Source: a virus
Length of the DNA stretch: 64,000 nucleotides
Virus record (IMG/VR): IMGVR_UViG_3300029922_000039
Strand: one strand, 5' to 3'
Shown: positions 1 through 8,288 of the stretch, piece by piece
Position numbering within the stretch: the stretch's first letter is position 1
Layout of the letters: the number at the start of each line of letters is the position of its first letter
Made by a program: the position numbers and the translations under genes
The notes under the pieces: model-generated
Told to the model about the DNA's origin: nothing
What the model saw: only the letters and a program-made list of their open reading frames with translations
Database searches by the model: none

Positions 1-148
1 ATCTCTGCATTTTCTCGATAAAGAACTCAAGAGCGAATCGCACGTCCTCAATGTGCTGGAAACTACTGGATAGCAAAGTGTCTTTGCTTGTGTTTGCAAA
101 GTCGCAGGTGCGTGTATCAGCCGTGGGACTCTTCTTGATTTGGATCAT
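1..148 (-). CDS. hypothetical protein, N-terminal fragment running off the window edge
   Basis: ATG at 148 preceded by GGAGAA. Frame stays open to position 1 (MIQIKKSPTADTRTCDF...). Confidence 0.35.
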   Translation of the reverse strand, partial: MIQIKKSPTADTRTCDFANTSKDTLLSSSFQHIEDVRFALEFFIEKMQR

Positions 149-176
149 CTATTTCTCCTGTTCTGATTCTAGTTCA

Positions 177-209
177 CAGGTAACGTAGCACGTGTCGCGA
201 CGTTACCTG
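177..209 (-). terminator. hairpin CAGGTAACGT-N13-ACGTTACCTG at the 3' end of the HAD gene
   Basis: 10-bp inverted repeat overlapping the stop codon. Related hairpins follow both ASCH genes. Confidence 0.5.
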
Positions 210-676
210 TTCAGAAGTGCAACCGCCTGAGCAGTGTGGTCCTCGGTAATCCCCGTTTCAAACGGAGTCTGCACGAGATATGGCATCAGATGCTCCATGT
301 CTGAATCGTCATCGAGAATCACGAATGCCTCAACTTCCTCGCGGTCGTATTCATCGAGCCATTTCTGGATTTCCTGCCCACGAGGGTGCGAAATCCATAG
401 GCCGCTCTTTGGGTCGCGCTCGTCCATATGTGGAGTAATCGCTATGCAATCGGCCTTTATTCCCCATTTATGCAAGCGTTCTCGGGTCTTCATCAGGCCA
501 TCTGCACGCCATGTGCTGCTCACGACTATGACGGCTCCCGTTGCGTCTGTGATCTTGTTGAGTTGGTCCACACAACAAGGCAACGCCTGTGCTCCGCTAC
601 CCGGAATCCTGTAAGGCGGTTGGTGCGAGGCCATCGGGATAATCGGGCCATCGAAATCAAGAAAGACAACTTTCAT
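203..676 (-). CDS. HAD-superfamily phosphatase-like protein (HAD domain of the type found in RNA-repair 'Swiss army knife' proteins)
   Basis: N-terminal FLDFDGP (DxDx motif), SSTWR and LDDDSD motifs. SD GAAGGGAAG before the ATG. Confidence 0.7.
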   Translation of the reverse strand: MKVVFLDFDGPIIPMASHQPPYRIPGSGAQALPCCVDQLNKITDATGAVIVVSSTWRADGLMKTRERLHKWGIKADCIAITPHMDERDPKSGLWISHPRGQEIQKWLDEYDREEVEAFVILDDDSDMEHLMPYLVQTPFETGITEDHTAQAVALLNR

Positions 677-690
677 GGTGCTTCCCTTCG

Positions 691-716
691 GGCACTGTAG
701 TGTCTATTCAACGTGG
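691..716 (-). promoter_or_regulatory. copy 1 of a conserved 26-nt upstream element (sense: CCACGTTGAATAGACACTACAGTGCC)
   Basis: Lies 14 nt upstream of the HAD start codon. Three further copies sit at 12931, 31451 and 35791. Confidence 0.5.
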
Positions 717-807
717 TTGTTAATTGAATTGGGTGGTCCCCGTTTAATAGCGGGGCTTCCTCCGGTTTCCCGGCCAGCCGACCACCCAAACTTAGGAAGC
801 AGACAGT

Positions 808-1041
808 CTACCCCTTAATCAAGTTCCAAACGTCCTGGTGCGAGAACTTGGAACCTTTCGGCGCCAGGTAGCTGAGGATCTTCTCGTTCCCAATGCTCCT
901 GTCGCCCTTATAGATTTGGGACAGAAGCTGAAAACTGATTTGAAGTTCCTTCGCAAACGCCTGCTGGGTAAGATTCCCCTGCCGATCCTTCAGCATCGCC
1001 ACCAGTTCCTCTGCCGTGTACGGTGTTGGTCCCTTAGCCAT
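808..1041 (-). CDS. XRE-family helix-turn-helix DNA-binding protein
   Basis: LTQQAFAKELQISFQLLSQIYKGDRSIG HTH pattern. Internal ATG at 1041 preceded by GGGAGGA. Confidence 0.7.
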   Translation of the reverse strand: MAKGPTPYTAEELVAMLKDRQGNLTQQAFAKELQISFQLLSQIYKGDRSIGNEKILSYLAPKGSKFSHQDVWNLIKG

Positions 1042-1447
1042 CGTTCCTCCCGAAAGCTCCCTTGACGTGAAGGCCGAAGGGTAGTTCGTATCCAGCCGGC
1101 AGGATCCAGAGAACACGCAGACCAATCTTCGTGTGCCACTCGTGCTTGAGCGCCGGGAAAATCTCCACCGCGGTCACGTCGTCGCCGAAGAGGTCGTGAA
1201 TCGATTTTTGAATTTCCTCCCAGGACAGTGTAGCCACATCGCCGTGGCGGATGATCGTCACCATGTTCACACCGCCGATGGGCGTTTCCATCGAGAAGAT
1301 TTGCACCTCACAGCGACTGTTTCTGTACAGGTACGTGCATCCCTTGAGAAGCGGATAAGCAGCCCGCATAGCATCCGTGATTTCAACTTCCTCAAACGGC
1401 GTGTTCTGCCGCGCCGCCGCCTTGATTAGTGCCGTGCGTCTCGCCAT
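1034..1447 (-). CDS. hypothetical protein
   Basis: ORF with ATG at 1447 preceded by GAGGA. Its end overlaps the next start by 8 nt. Confidence 0.55.
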   Translation of the reverse strand: MARRTALIKAAARQNTPFEEVEITDAMRAAYPLLKGCTYLYRNSRCEVQIFSMETPIGGVNMVTIIRHGDVATLSWEEIQKSIHDLFGDDVTAVEIFPALKHEWHTKIGLRVLWILPAGYELPFGLHVKGAFGRNDG

Positions 1448-1457
1448 GATTCCTCGT

Positions 1458-1655
1458 CTACACTTGGTCGCTTGCGTAAATATCGTCGAGAGGCTTGCAC
1501 TCGAAGGATGGTATTTCAAACGCCTTGTGGCTATCAGGACATGATGGACTGAAAGGGTGGGTTGCTACTTCTTTCCCCATCTTTACTTCCGTCCATAATT
1601 TATACCCACAAGTACTGCATGTCGGACTTGCGGACGGCCTTACGATAATCGCCAT
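1458..1655 (-). CDS. small Cys-containing hypothetical protein
   Basis: 65-aa ORF with SD GAGGAG before the ATG. Confidence 0.5.
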   Translation of the reverse strand: MAIIVRPSASPTCSTCGYKLWTEVKMGKEVATHPFSPSCPDSHKAFEIPSFECKPLDDIYASDQV

Positions 1656-1671
1656 TTACTTCTCCTCTTGT

Positions 1672-1956
1672 CTACTGCGAAATTGAATGGACCACCGAAT
1701 ACGGCTGCCCGTTGCTGTGCTCGTGACGTGTCGGTTCGCACCAGCACATCTCCGATATCTGGTGGCTGACCCCATGCGTCGGGATGATGTGATACCGCGT
1801 GCCAGGCTCAGGATCGCCATCCTCGTCTACCTTGTCCGCCACGACCGCCCACATGCCCTGTTCGCGCTCGCTCTCGGTAGGCTCGTACATCTCCTGGTCC
1901 CGCGTCAACGGCTGGGCCGCGATGTCTGCGATCGACTTTTGGTAGAGAAGTGTCAT
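1672..1956 (-). CDS. hypothetical protein
   Basis: ATG at 1956 forms an ATGA overlap with the stop of the upstream gene. The longer alternative starts at 1986. Confidence 0.5.
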   Translation of the reverse strand: MTLLYQKSIADIAAQPLTRDQEMYEPTESEREQGMWAVVADKVDEDGDPEPGTRYHIIPTHGVSHQISEMCWCEPTRHEHSNGQPYSVVHSISQ

Positions 1957-2180
1957 TCGATATCTTTCTGAAGCGGTTCGGGGCATCTACCCCACCCATT
2001 TGAATGATGGTCCAAGTAGCAGTTCTCACAGAACGAAACGGTTCCTCCGCAGCGATGCCGTCCTGAATCATCGAAGGGGCCGAAGCACTCATGCACGTTA
2101 TCCCAAGTCGCATATCCGTTGCCGTCTCGTTGCGGTTTGAAGTCGCTGCATGGCTGCTTGCCTTCTGTAAACTTGCTCAC
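1953..2180 (-). CDS. Cys/His-rich small protein
   Basis: GTG start preceded by AAGGAG. Multiple Cys/His residues (CxxC...HH). Confidence 0.5.
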   Translation of the reverse strand: MSKFTEGKQPCSDFKPQRDGNGYATWDNVHECFGPFDDSGRHRCGGTVSFCENCYLDHHSNGWGRCPEPLQKDIE

Positions 2181-2470
2181 TAGAACTCCTTGGTGTTGCT
2201 GATGCGCGGTCCGGTCTCGATTCCGTCCAGAGTCTCACGTGTAGACCCTATCTGACTCCACCCCGGCTATGTCTACATGACGTATCGCTACGCCGCGCAT
2301 CTTCCCCGTAGGGAACTCATCTACGCAGTGCCGGAGTCTCACCGGAATCTAGGACTGGTACCCGTCCCTCATCTCCGTGATCGGCCGTGCCACGATCCTT
2401 TGGACTCAGAGATGAACGATTTAGCCTCGAAGGGCTCACTGCGTATTTCCCCTTGCGGGGAACTCAAACT

Positions 2471-2581
2471 CTACTTCGAGTGACCCAGTATTCCGCCAAA
2501 AACACAGACGAGACCGAGTGCCATCAGAATAGCTAAACAGACAGATTCCAGTGTGCGGTACCACTTGAGATCCTTCATCAT
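2471..2581 (-). CDS. small membrane protein (36 aa)
   Basis: MMKDLKWYRTLESVCLAILMALGLVCVFGGILGHSK. The start abuts the stop of the upstream gene. Below the ORF-track size cut-off. Confidence 0.35.
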   Translation of the reverse strand: MMKDLKWYRTLESVCLAILMALGLVCVFGGILGHSK

Positions 2582-2766
2582 GCCACCTTCTCATGCACTG
2601 GATAGTCCTCCGTGAACCCGCACTGCCCACAACCAACATGGCACGCACGACGGATATCCACGAAACGATGCACCTGCTCCGGAGGCACCTGCGCGTCAAG
2701 CGTGCGCCATCCAGAGAACTTCAACTCGGGAAACTTCGGGACTTCATAGAACACTATCGTCTTCAT
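2578..2766 (-). CDS. hypothetical protein
   Basis: ATG at 2766 preceded by GGAAGGAGG (MKTIVFYEVPKF...). Confidence 0.5.
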   Translation of the reverse strand: MKTIVFYEVPKFPELKFSGWRTLDAQVPPEQVHRFVDIRRACHVGCGQCGFTEDYPVHEKVA

Positions 2767-2818
2767 CAGGTACCTCCTTCCCATATAGTTCCACGATTCC
2801 GTTGAAATGTCGAGAGAA

Positions 2819-3262
2819 TTATCTGCGGTCGTGCGGAATGTCTCCTCCATACCCAACCAAATTCCGCAGTATGCACCACACCGGCGTCATCGGCACAACC
2901 CGCACATCCACCGCGCAGCAACACCGCGCCGGCACAAACTTCTCCACCACCGGCTCCGCCAGCCCAATCGCCGCCATCAGAACCTGCTTCCAGTCCGGCC
3001 GAACCGGGATAGCCCCCGCATACGCCGCGTGCCCAACGCCCTTCTTCTCCAACCGCCCAGGATTCTTCCGCACCACCCGCTTCACCCCGAGCATCTGCCG
3101 CAACGTCGCCAACTGGTTCCGCTCCGCCCGCACATCAGACGCCGAGCTCGCCGCCACAAACGTCCGCCCGTCAGGGAACTTCCAAACGTGGTGCTTCTTC
3201 GTTCGGTCCAGAACCGCCCCGTGCGCCTTCAGCAAGTCGTCGATCTCCTCTTGCACCGTCAT
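2819..3262 (-). CDS. hypothetical protein (N-terminal ~60 aa weakly HicA-like)
   Basis: 147-aa ORF. KKHHVWKFPDGRTFV resembles the HicA core only loosely. Confidence 0.45.
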   Translation of the reverse strand: MTVQEEIDDLLKAHGAVLDRTKKHHVWKFPDGRTFVAASSASDVRAERNQLATLRQMLGVKRVVRKNPGRLEKKGVGHAAYAGAIPVRPDWKQVLMAAIGLAEPVVEKFVPARCCCAVDVRVVPMTPVWCILRNLVGYGGDIPHDRR

Positions 3263-3852
3263 TCGGCCACCTGCGGGTACGGCAATACCTTCTCCATCTT
3301 TCCACCCTCAATCATCATGCGCGCCTGCCTCCTCCATGCTTCTGCCTCGTCCCGCGTTATGACTCTGTTCCGTTGTTGAGTAGGTCCGAGGCTAGATGAC
3401 TTTCTATGCAGCGGGCACAGGTCTGGAACAAACACGCCCGATGGATCAAAATGGGAGCCCTCGCCTAAAGACTCACGGAACCATCGTTCCTCAGTGCCTC
3501 CGCAAAAGAAAATAGGCTCACCAGTTGTCCTGCAACTCAAGCACACCGGCAAATCGCAAGTGAACATCTCCGACTTGCTATCCAGGTATCGATAGCCATC
3601 AACCGCCTTCGTGAACGGGGTCTTCAGTACCGGATCCTTGTACCCCGCCATCTCAAAACCAATCGGCGCATCGCAAACCAAATCCGTCAGGTTCTTCCCG
3701 CAGAACAAGCACGTCTCATAATCCCCGCGGTGTTCCATAAACTTCTGAGCGGAATCGATCATCTCCTGACGGGCTTCCGCGTCCATACCGCTGATCATCG
3801 AGGCGAAGTCGGTCACTTGATCTCCTTCAGAAACAAGTCCGACATCGCCCAT
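3259..3852 (-). CDS. Cys-rich hypothetical protein
   Basis: ATG at 3852 preceded by GGAGGG. Several CxxC pairs. ATGA-type overlap with the downstream gene. Confidence 0.55.
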   Translation of the reverse strand: MGDVGLVSEGDQVTDFASMISGMDAEARQEMIDSAQKFMEHRGDYETCLFCGKNLTDLVCDAPIGFEMAGYKDPVLKTPFTKAVDGYRYLDSKSEMFTCDLPVCLSCRTTGEPIFFCGGTEERWFRESLGEGSHFDPSGVFVPDLCPLHRKSSSLGPTQQRNRVITRDEAEAWRRQARMMIEGGKMEKVLPYPQVAE

Positions 3853-3998
3853 AGTATCCCTCCAGAAGCACAAAGAAAAAGATCAGCCAACACGTGCGGA
3901 TTCTGAGAATCAGGCGGCAAGAAAATACCCACCACTATAGCCACCACCGATACCCGAAACCCAATAAACGGAAGATACCCCAAATACGATTTATTCAT
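3813..3998 (-). CDS. small membrane protein
   Basis: 61-aa hydrophobic ORF with SD GAAGGGAG. Confidence 0.45.
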   Translation of the reverse strand: MNKSYLGYLPFIGFRVSVVAIVVGIFLPPDSQNPHVLADLFLCASGGILWAMSDLFLKEIK

Positions 3999-4168
3999 GA
4001 ATTCACTCCCTTCTGCATCGACTCTCGCAGATCATCCGAACCTTTATGTTTTAACTCCGACCAGCGCGTACCTGGAACATGCCGCTTGCCCATATGCTCC
4101 TCGTATGCCTCCAGCCCCTCTACAACCAAACCGCACACCGGGCAGATATGCTCGCCTTCACTTAGCAT
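3995..4168 (-). CDS. small zinc-finger protein
   Basis: MLSEGEHICPVCG...HMGKRH (C2H2-like). ATG at 4168 preceded by GGGAGG. Confidence 0.5.
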   Translation of the reverse strand: MLSEGEHICPVCGLVVEGLEAYEEHMGKRHVPGTRWSELKHKGSDDLRESMQKGVNS

Positions 4169-4535
4169 CGGACCTCCCACGGCGGTACGCCTCAACAATC
4201 CGATCATTGTAGATGTCAGGACGGAAGTATGCTTCCGCATCTCCGCCACCGCAAAGCAAATCCTTGATTGGCTCCAGAACTTCCGGCTCGGGCGCGAGGA
4301 ACATCCGGCGCTGCCACTCCAGAACAGTGAACTCAATCAACTCTGTCACGTCTTGTTGCGCAAGGAAAGAACCCCTGATTGCCTCCGTCTGATCTTCATT
4401 GGGAGAAGTCGGATTCTCCGACAACCACAAGAGCGCAGCCTCCACAACGTCTCGTACCCCCGCGCAGTCTGGTTCCCCCCACGCAACCCACGCCGCATGG
4501 ACCATCTCGTCAGGCGCCACTATTCGCTTGCTCAT
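4158..4535 (-). CDS. hypothetical protein
   Basis: ATG at 4535 preceded by AAGGGAG, 8 nt after the RHH stop. Confidence 0.5.
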   Translation of the reverse strand: MSKRIVAPDEMVHAAWVAWGEPDCAGVRDVVEAALLWLSENPTSPNEDQTEAIRGSFLAQQDVTELIEFTVLEWQRRMFLAPEPEVLEPIKDLLCGGGDAEAYFRPDIYNDRIVEAYRRGRSDAK

Positions 4536-4543
4536 GACTCCCT

Positions 4544-4723
4544 TCAGCACTTCGAGCCACCCTTCTGCGATGGCGTGGAAACCTTGCCGGATGGGCCACG
4601 TTGAAAAACACGCTCAAGGCGCTCAATACAAACATCGCGAAGAGTCTTCCCATTTTCAGCAGCCTCGATTTTCAAAGCACGGATCAAATCATCCGGGACT
4701 TTCCGAATATTCAAATCACTCAT
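4544..4723 (-). CDS. ribbon-helix-helix (Arc/MetJ, FitA/VapB-like) DNA-binding protein
   Basis: MSDLNIRKVPDDLIRALKIEAAENGKTLRDVCIERLE pattern. ATG at 4723 preceded by GAGGT. The rest of the 200-aa track ORF looks non-coding. Confidence 0.65.
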   Translation of the reverse strand: MSDLNIRKVPDDLIRALKIEAAENGKTLRDVCIERLERVFQRGPSGKVSTPSQKGGSKC

Positions 4724-5499
4724 CTGTAACCTCTGTAAATATTGTAACATATGAAACGGATGATATTTTTTGAAATTGAGAAAATTATGCATGAAGAGTT
4801 GGTCGGGCGAAGCCCGACTATGGGCGAGCCCACCCCCTTGAGGTCGCGTTCCCCGCAGAGAGGGCGCGGCGAGAGGGGGAAGACCTGGCCGGGGCAAGGA
4901 CGGGAGGGTGGCCGGAGAGGGGTCGAGTCCGGCGGGCAGGGCTGGCGACGGTCGGCGATGGCTGCGCAGCAAGGCGACGGAGGTCGGAAAACACTTCGCA
5001 GGGCGCCGCATCATATATAGTGGCGCATCTGCTGTGTAATCAATAGGTTGCAACGATTCAGAGCATCCTATTAGTTCAGACCATACAAAGAGGATGGAGG
5101 TTGACCCACGCAAACGCCCTGCATCGTGGCGCATTGCGTTGCGCACTTACCGCTTGGGATTGCACTCAGGGCATTGCAGCCAGCTTGCCCAACCGTGGGG
5201 GCACTTCTCACCGGGTCGAGGGCGAGGGGATGACAGGACGGCCAGCAGACGAGCGGCTGCGTCCTCGGCCTGCACGCTCACCGGCAGGACGGGCGACGGG
5301 TCGAGGGCTGGCCGGGTTACCGGGTAGGCACGCTCGCTGGTACGAATGGATGGGACGGGCGACGAGTCCGGGGCTCAAGGCCAAAACTGCCATGCCGTAG
5401 TACCTCCGAGGTCCTGCCGATGCGTCCTAGAGGCTCCTAGAGGGGCCTTTATGGCAAAAAACAGCCTCCACGCGGCGAGGGCGGCGTTATGATGAATAT

Positions 5500-5733
5500 A
5501 TGAATCATGATTGTGTTTGCCTCCGTTGCTCCGCTACATGGACAAAGAGAGTAGAGGGAAAGCCGCGCCAATGCCCAGTGTGTCATTCTGCCGCCTGGGA
5601 TAGGCCACGCCTACGCTCTACGAAGCCGCCTACGCCTAAGCCTATCGCCGATCCTCCACGGCTCACAGGTACAATCCTCGACATCATCAACAGGCCACGA
5701 AAGGAAACAACGTATGAGCCGTTTAACGACTGA
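5500..5733 (+). CDS. small zinc-ribbon protein
   Basis: CxxC...CPVC pairs. The ATG sits 6 nt after TATGAT, so the mRNA may be leaderless. Confidence 0.5.
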   Translation: MNHDCVCLRCSATWTKRVEGKPRQCPVCHSAAWDRPRLRSTKPPTPKPIADPPRLTGTILDIINRPRKETTYEPFND

Positions 5734-6190
5734 CTTCCACGCGCGTAACCGCAGCTATGTCTATGTCATATGGTCCGAGTGCGGCCGCGCCAAGATCGGC
5801 ACAACTGATAACCCTAGCGCGAGAGTCAGTACGCTGGCAAGACAAAGCCCTTACCCGCTAGATTTTATTGCGCTTATGATGTGTAAGCGGGGGCTTGGAT
5901 GGTTCTTTGAAGAGCGGCTGCATGAATTATTCAAGTCTCGGCGCGTTCATGGAGAGTGGTTTGACCTGACCCTGGAGGAGATTCACAAGGCTTTCCATGT
6001 TGGCCCGATCATCATGCAGGTAGGAAACCTTGTGCTGGAGCCTGCTATCTGCACATGCAAGGCGTGCATCGAGCGGGTTCAGGCATACATCCGGGAGAAT
6101 CCTGGGCCGTGTGATTGCTGCCCGGCTTGGCATCGTGAGCGGATGATGCTGCGCGACCCAGACACGGGCAATGTCCCTGGAGAGGAATAA
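5714..6190 (+). CDS. T5orf172 / GIY-YIG-superfamily domain protein
   Basis: YVYVIWSECGRAKIGTTDNPSARVSTL...HGEWF pattern typical of T5orf172 (MUG113-like) domains. Confidence 0.65.
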   Translation: MSRLTTDFHARNRSYVYVIWSECGRAKIGTTDNPSARVSTLARQSPYPLDFIALMMCKRGLGWFFEERLHELFKSRRVHGEWFDLTLEEIHKAFHVGPIIMQVGNLVLEPAICTCKACIERVQAYIRENPGPCDCCPAWHRERMMLRDPDTGNVPGEE

Positions 6191-6201
6191 CCTTGCTGTG
6201 G

Positions 6202-6243
6202 GCGCGGTTTAGGCGGTATATCACTAAGCCGCGCGTTTTTATT
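6202..6243 (+). terminator. intrinsic terminator
   Basis: GCGCGGTTTAG-N11-CTAAGCCGCGC stem followed by GTTTTTATT. Confidence 0.7.
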
Positions 6244-6458
6244 GCACGTTTGGGTATTTTCTCGCACAGATAGCGCGTTGCCGTTGCGCTTTTAGTTTTC
6301 TCCCCGGTTTCGCGTTGTGGCTCCCTGGGCTTGCGGTGTGGCTGGCATATATAAGGATCGTTGTCGGGCGAGTGGTTGGCGCATAGAGTGTGTGCTGTGC
6401 GCGGTAGTCGTGGTGTGTGAGGTTGCGAGGGGTGTACTAAAAATAGTTGAGAAAGTAG

Positions 6459-6487
6459 TTGACACGCTATTATGTCGCAGGCTATAA
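6459..6487 (+). promoter_or_regulatory. sigma70-like promoter
   Basis: TTGACA, 17-nt spacer, CTATAA. Followed by the AAGGCAAGGCAAGG leader and the ATG at 6541. Confidence 0.6.
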
Positions 6488-6540
6488 GTAGACAACATCA
6501 TTTAAGGATTTAGCGCAACACAGAAAGGCAAGGCAAGGAA

Positions 6541-6846
6541 ATGGATAAGACTCCCACACAAGAGAAGACTTTGCGGCTGTTTAACTTCGCGGCGGTGTCT
6601 ATATTGGCAACGTTTGCGATTGGTATAGAGGTGTTTCAGTATCAATCGGATCGCGCTGATCAGTGGATGAGGATGGACGCGGCAGCTACTTTGTCGGCTC
6701 GCTCTCCCCGACTGAAGGCCCTTCGGATAAATAATGGCCACCATGGACACAGGACAATTAAGGACACCGCAGAGAATAAAGTGCGGTGGGCTTGGGGTGT
6801 TGCTCCTGGAGACGGATACCTGTACTCCGCTTGGTGGGTTAGATAG
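6541..6846 (+). CDS. hypothetical protein (one hydrophobic segment)
   Basis: First ORF after the promoter. AAGGCAAGGAA precedes the ATG. Confidence 0.5.
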   Translation: MDKTPTQEKTLRLFNFAAVSILATFAIGIEVFQYQSDRADQWMRMDAAATLSARSPRLKALRINNGHHGHRTIKDTAENKVRWAWGVAPGDGYLYSAWWVR

Positions 6847-6887
6847 CGGTTCACCGAGACAACAGGCGGTCAGAACGGAAAACCCTT

Positions 6888-7139
6888 ATGCAAGCGTGCT
6901 CAAATAATACGAGAGGGATTTGCCAGCGGTGCGGGCGGCGAGAGCGGTTTGTTCTGGCGTCGGCGTTCAATTCTGACGGATCGTTTCGGTTTCTGTGCGC
7001 GCATTGTGAGCGGATGGAGTGGAGCCGGAACAATCGGGTTTTGTTTGACGGTGGCGCGGTTCGGCCGGTTGCCGTTGTGGAAGTGGCCGAGGTTGAGCCT
7101 GTGTGTGCGGTTGAGCGTGCACAGCTTTCGTTATTCTGA
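6888..7139 (+). CDS. small zinc-ribbon protein
   Basis: CQRCG...CAHC pairs. Confidence 0.5.
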   Translation: MQACSNNTRGICQRCGRRERFVLASAFNSDGSFRFLCAHCERMEWSRNNRVLFDGGAVRPVAVVEVAEVEPVCAVERAQLSLF

Positions 7140-7148
7140 GGGGGTTGT

Positions 7149-7373
7149 ATGTTGAAGACTGAGACGAACACGAGCGCAGTTGAAGCCCTTATATTCAAGG
7201 CGATCCGCGCACAACTCGTGAATCGCGCGCGCCGCATTGCGGAGTTCACGACTTTCTTTGAGCATGGTCAGTGGTGGGCTGAGCACCTTCCGAGCGGGGC
7301 ACAGTGGTCAGTCTGTGATTGCTCCGTCGGAGATTTTTGCTTTGAGCAGGTGACCGAGGGGGAAGAGGTATGA
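7149..7373 (+). CDS. hypothetical protein
   Basis: 74-aa ORF, tightly packed in the plus-strand operon. Confidence 0.45.
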   Translation: MLKTETNTSAVEALIFKAIRAQLVNRARRIAEFTTFFEHGQWWAEHLPSGAQWSVCDCSVGDFCFEQVTEGEEV

Positions 7374-7588
7374 AGATGGGATTGCCGTACAGCGTTGAAC
7401 TGTTGGAGCGGCACCAGAACGGAGAGGCCGCGCGGGTTGTGCTCATGCGGGCGGCTGATCATCTTTACCACACGCTACATCTGGTAGACACTATCGCCAG
7501 CCGTCGCGGGGACTTGGCTGCGATTGACCTAATGGACGGGATTCGGGCAGATATGCGGGAAGAGGCGGAGAAAGGCGGCAAGGGATGA
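7370..7588 (+). CDS. hypothetical protein
   Basis: ATGA overlap with the previous gene. Confidence 0.5.
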   Translation: MKMGLPYSVELLERHQNGEAARVVLMRAADHLYHTLHLVDTIASRRGDLAAIDLMDGIRADMREEAEKGGKG

Positions 7589-7788
7589 CACACGAGCAAA
7601 ATTTAGCCGTTCAGGCATTTAAAGACGGTCAGAAGCGCATTTTTGGCCTTACTGGTCCATCAATGGCCGCTCACCGTCAAACTATCATGCAGTTGGCCAC
7701 AGGGCGCAAGGTGCCACAATCAAAGTGCGGTATCCACGCTTTAACGTGCGCTCTTTCGCTGCTTGATCCAACCATTCGCCAATACTGA
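7585..7788 (+). CDS. hypothetical protein
   Basis: ATGA overlap with the previous gene. Confidence 0.45.
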   Translation: MTHEQNLAVQAFKDGQKRIFGLTGPSMAAHRQTIMQLATGRKVPQSKCGIHALTCALSLLDPTIRQY

Positions 7789-7800
7789 AAGGCTATCACG

Positions 7801-8067
7801 ATGAAATCCCACTCTTTCGCGATCTCCGCTGTAACCGGGCGCTGCGTCCTATGCGATCGGCACGCGGGCGACGTTGCGCACGTCCTGACCTTGGCAGGCT
7901 GCGAAACGGTAGACGATGACCGGGCCGCGGCTGCTGGGCTCGCCCTGGCGGAGGATCTGACGGCACTCATGCGCACGCCAAAAGCCGATGTAAGCGCCAA
8001 GGCGGGCCGGATGGAACGGAGTTCGCCTCTGTTTTTCGGTCAAGGCGACAATCCCACACTGTTTTAG
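7801..8067 (+). CDS. hypothetical protein
   Basis: 88-aa ORF in the operon. Confidence 0.4.
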   Translation: MKSHSFAISAVTGRCVLCDRHAGDVAHVLTLAGCETVDDDRAAAAGLALAEDLTALMRTPKADVSAKAGRMERSSPLFFGQGDNPTLF

Positions 8068-8105
8068 CACCAGCCGGATTTTCCGGCAGAAAGGCACGGC
8101 AAAAA

Positions 8106-8288
8106 ATGAAGTTCACGCTAGAGATCGAAATGGGGAACGAGGCAATGCTTTCCTATGCAGATATCGCCTCTTCTGTACGGCGCATCTTCTCCGCCTTTGC
8201 GCGCACGCACGAGGAGGTAGAAGACAACGCGGGGAGAATCTACGACGCCAACGGGAACAAGGTTGGACACTGGAGCATCGACGAATAA
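8106..8288 (+). CDS. hypothetical protein
   Basis: 60-aa ORF with protein-like composition. Confidence 0.45.
   Translation: MKFTLEIEMGNEAMLSYADIASSVRRIFSAFARTHEEVEDNAGRIYDANGNKVGHWSIDE

Noticed and set aside
2802-3379. Two overlapping plus ORFs (186 and 190 aa) opposite 2819-3262 and 3259-3852.
   Set aside because: They are Pro/Arg/His-rich junk translations antisense to better minus-strand genes that have SDs.
3933-3940. CACTATAG, the core of T7-type promoters.
   Set aside because: It is only 8 nt, lies inside a coding region, and lacks the rest of the 26-nt element seen at the four cassette sites.
4910-4933. GGCCGGAGAGGGGTCGAGTCCGGC, which resembles a tRNA/tmRNA T-arm (GGTCGAGTCC).
   Set aside because: The stem/loop geometry is wrong (an 11-nt loop). 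No acceptor, D or anticodon arms can be drawn around it.
4751-5400. Track ORFs 4751-5020 (+), 5094-5327 (+), 5101-5400 (+), 5208-5393 (-), and the N-terminal 140 aa of 4544-5146 (-).
   Set aside because: They are Arg/Gly/Pro-rich low-complexity translations with no coherent start signals, except for 5393. The region is treated as non-coding or decayed; see the finding covering 4724-5499.
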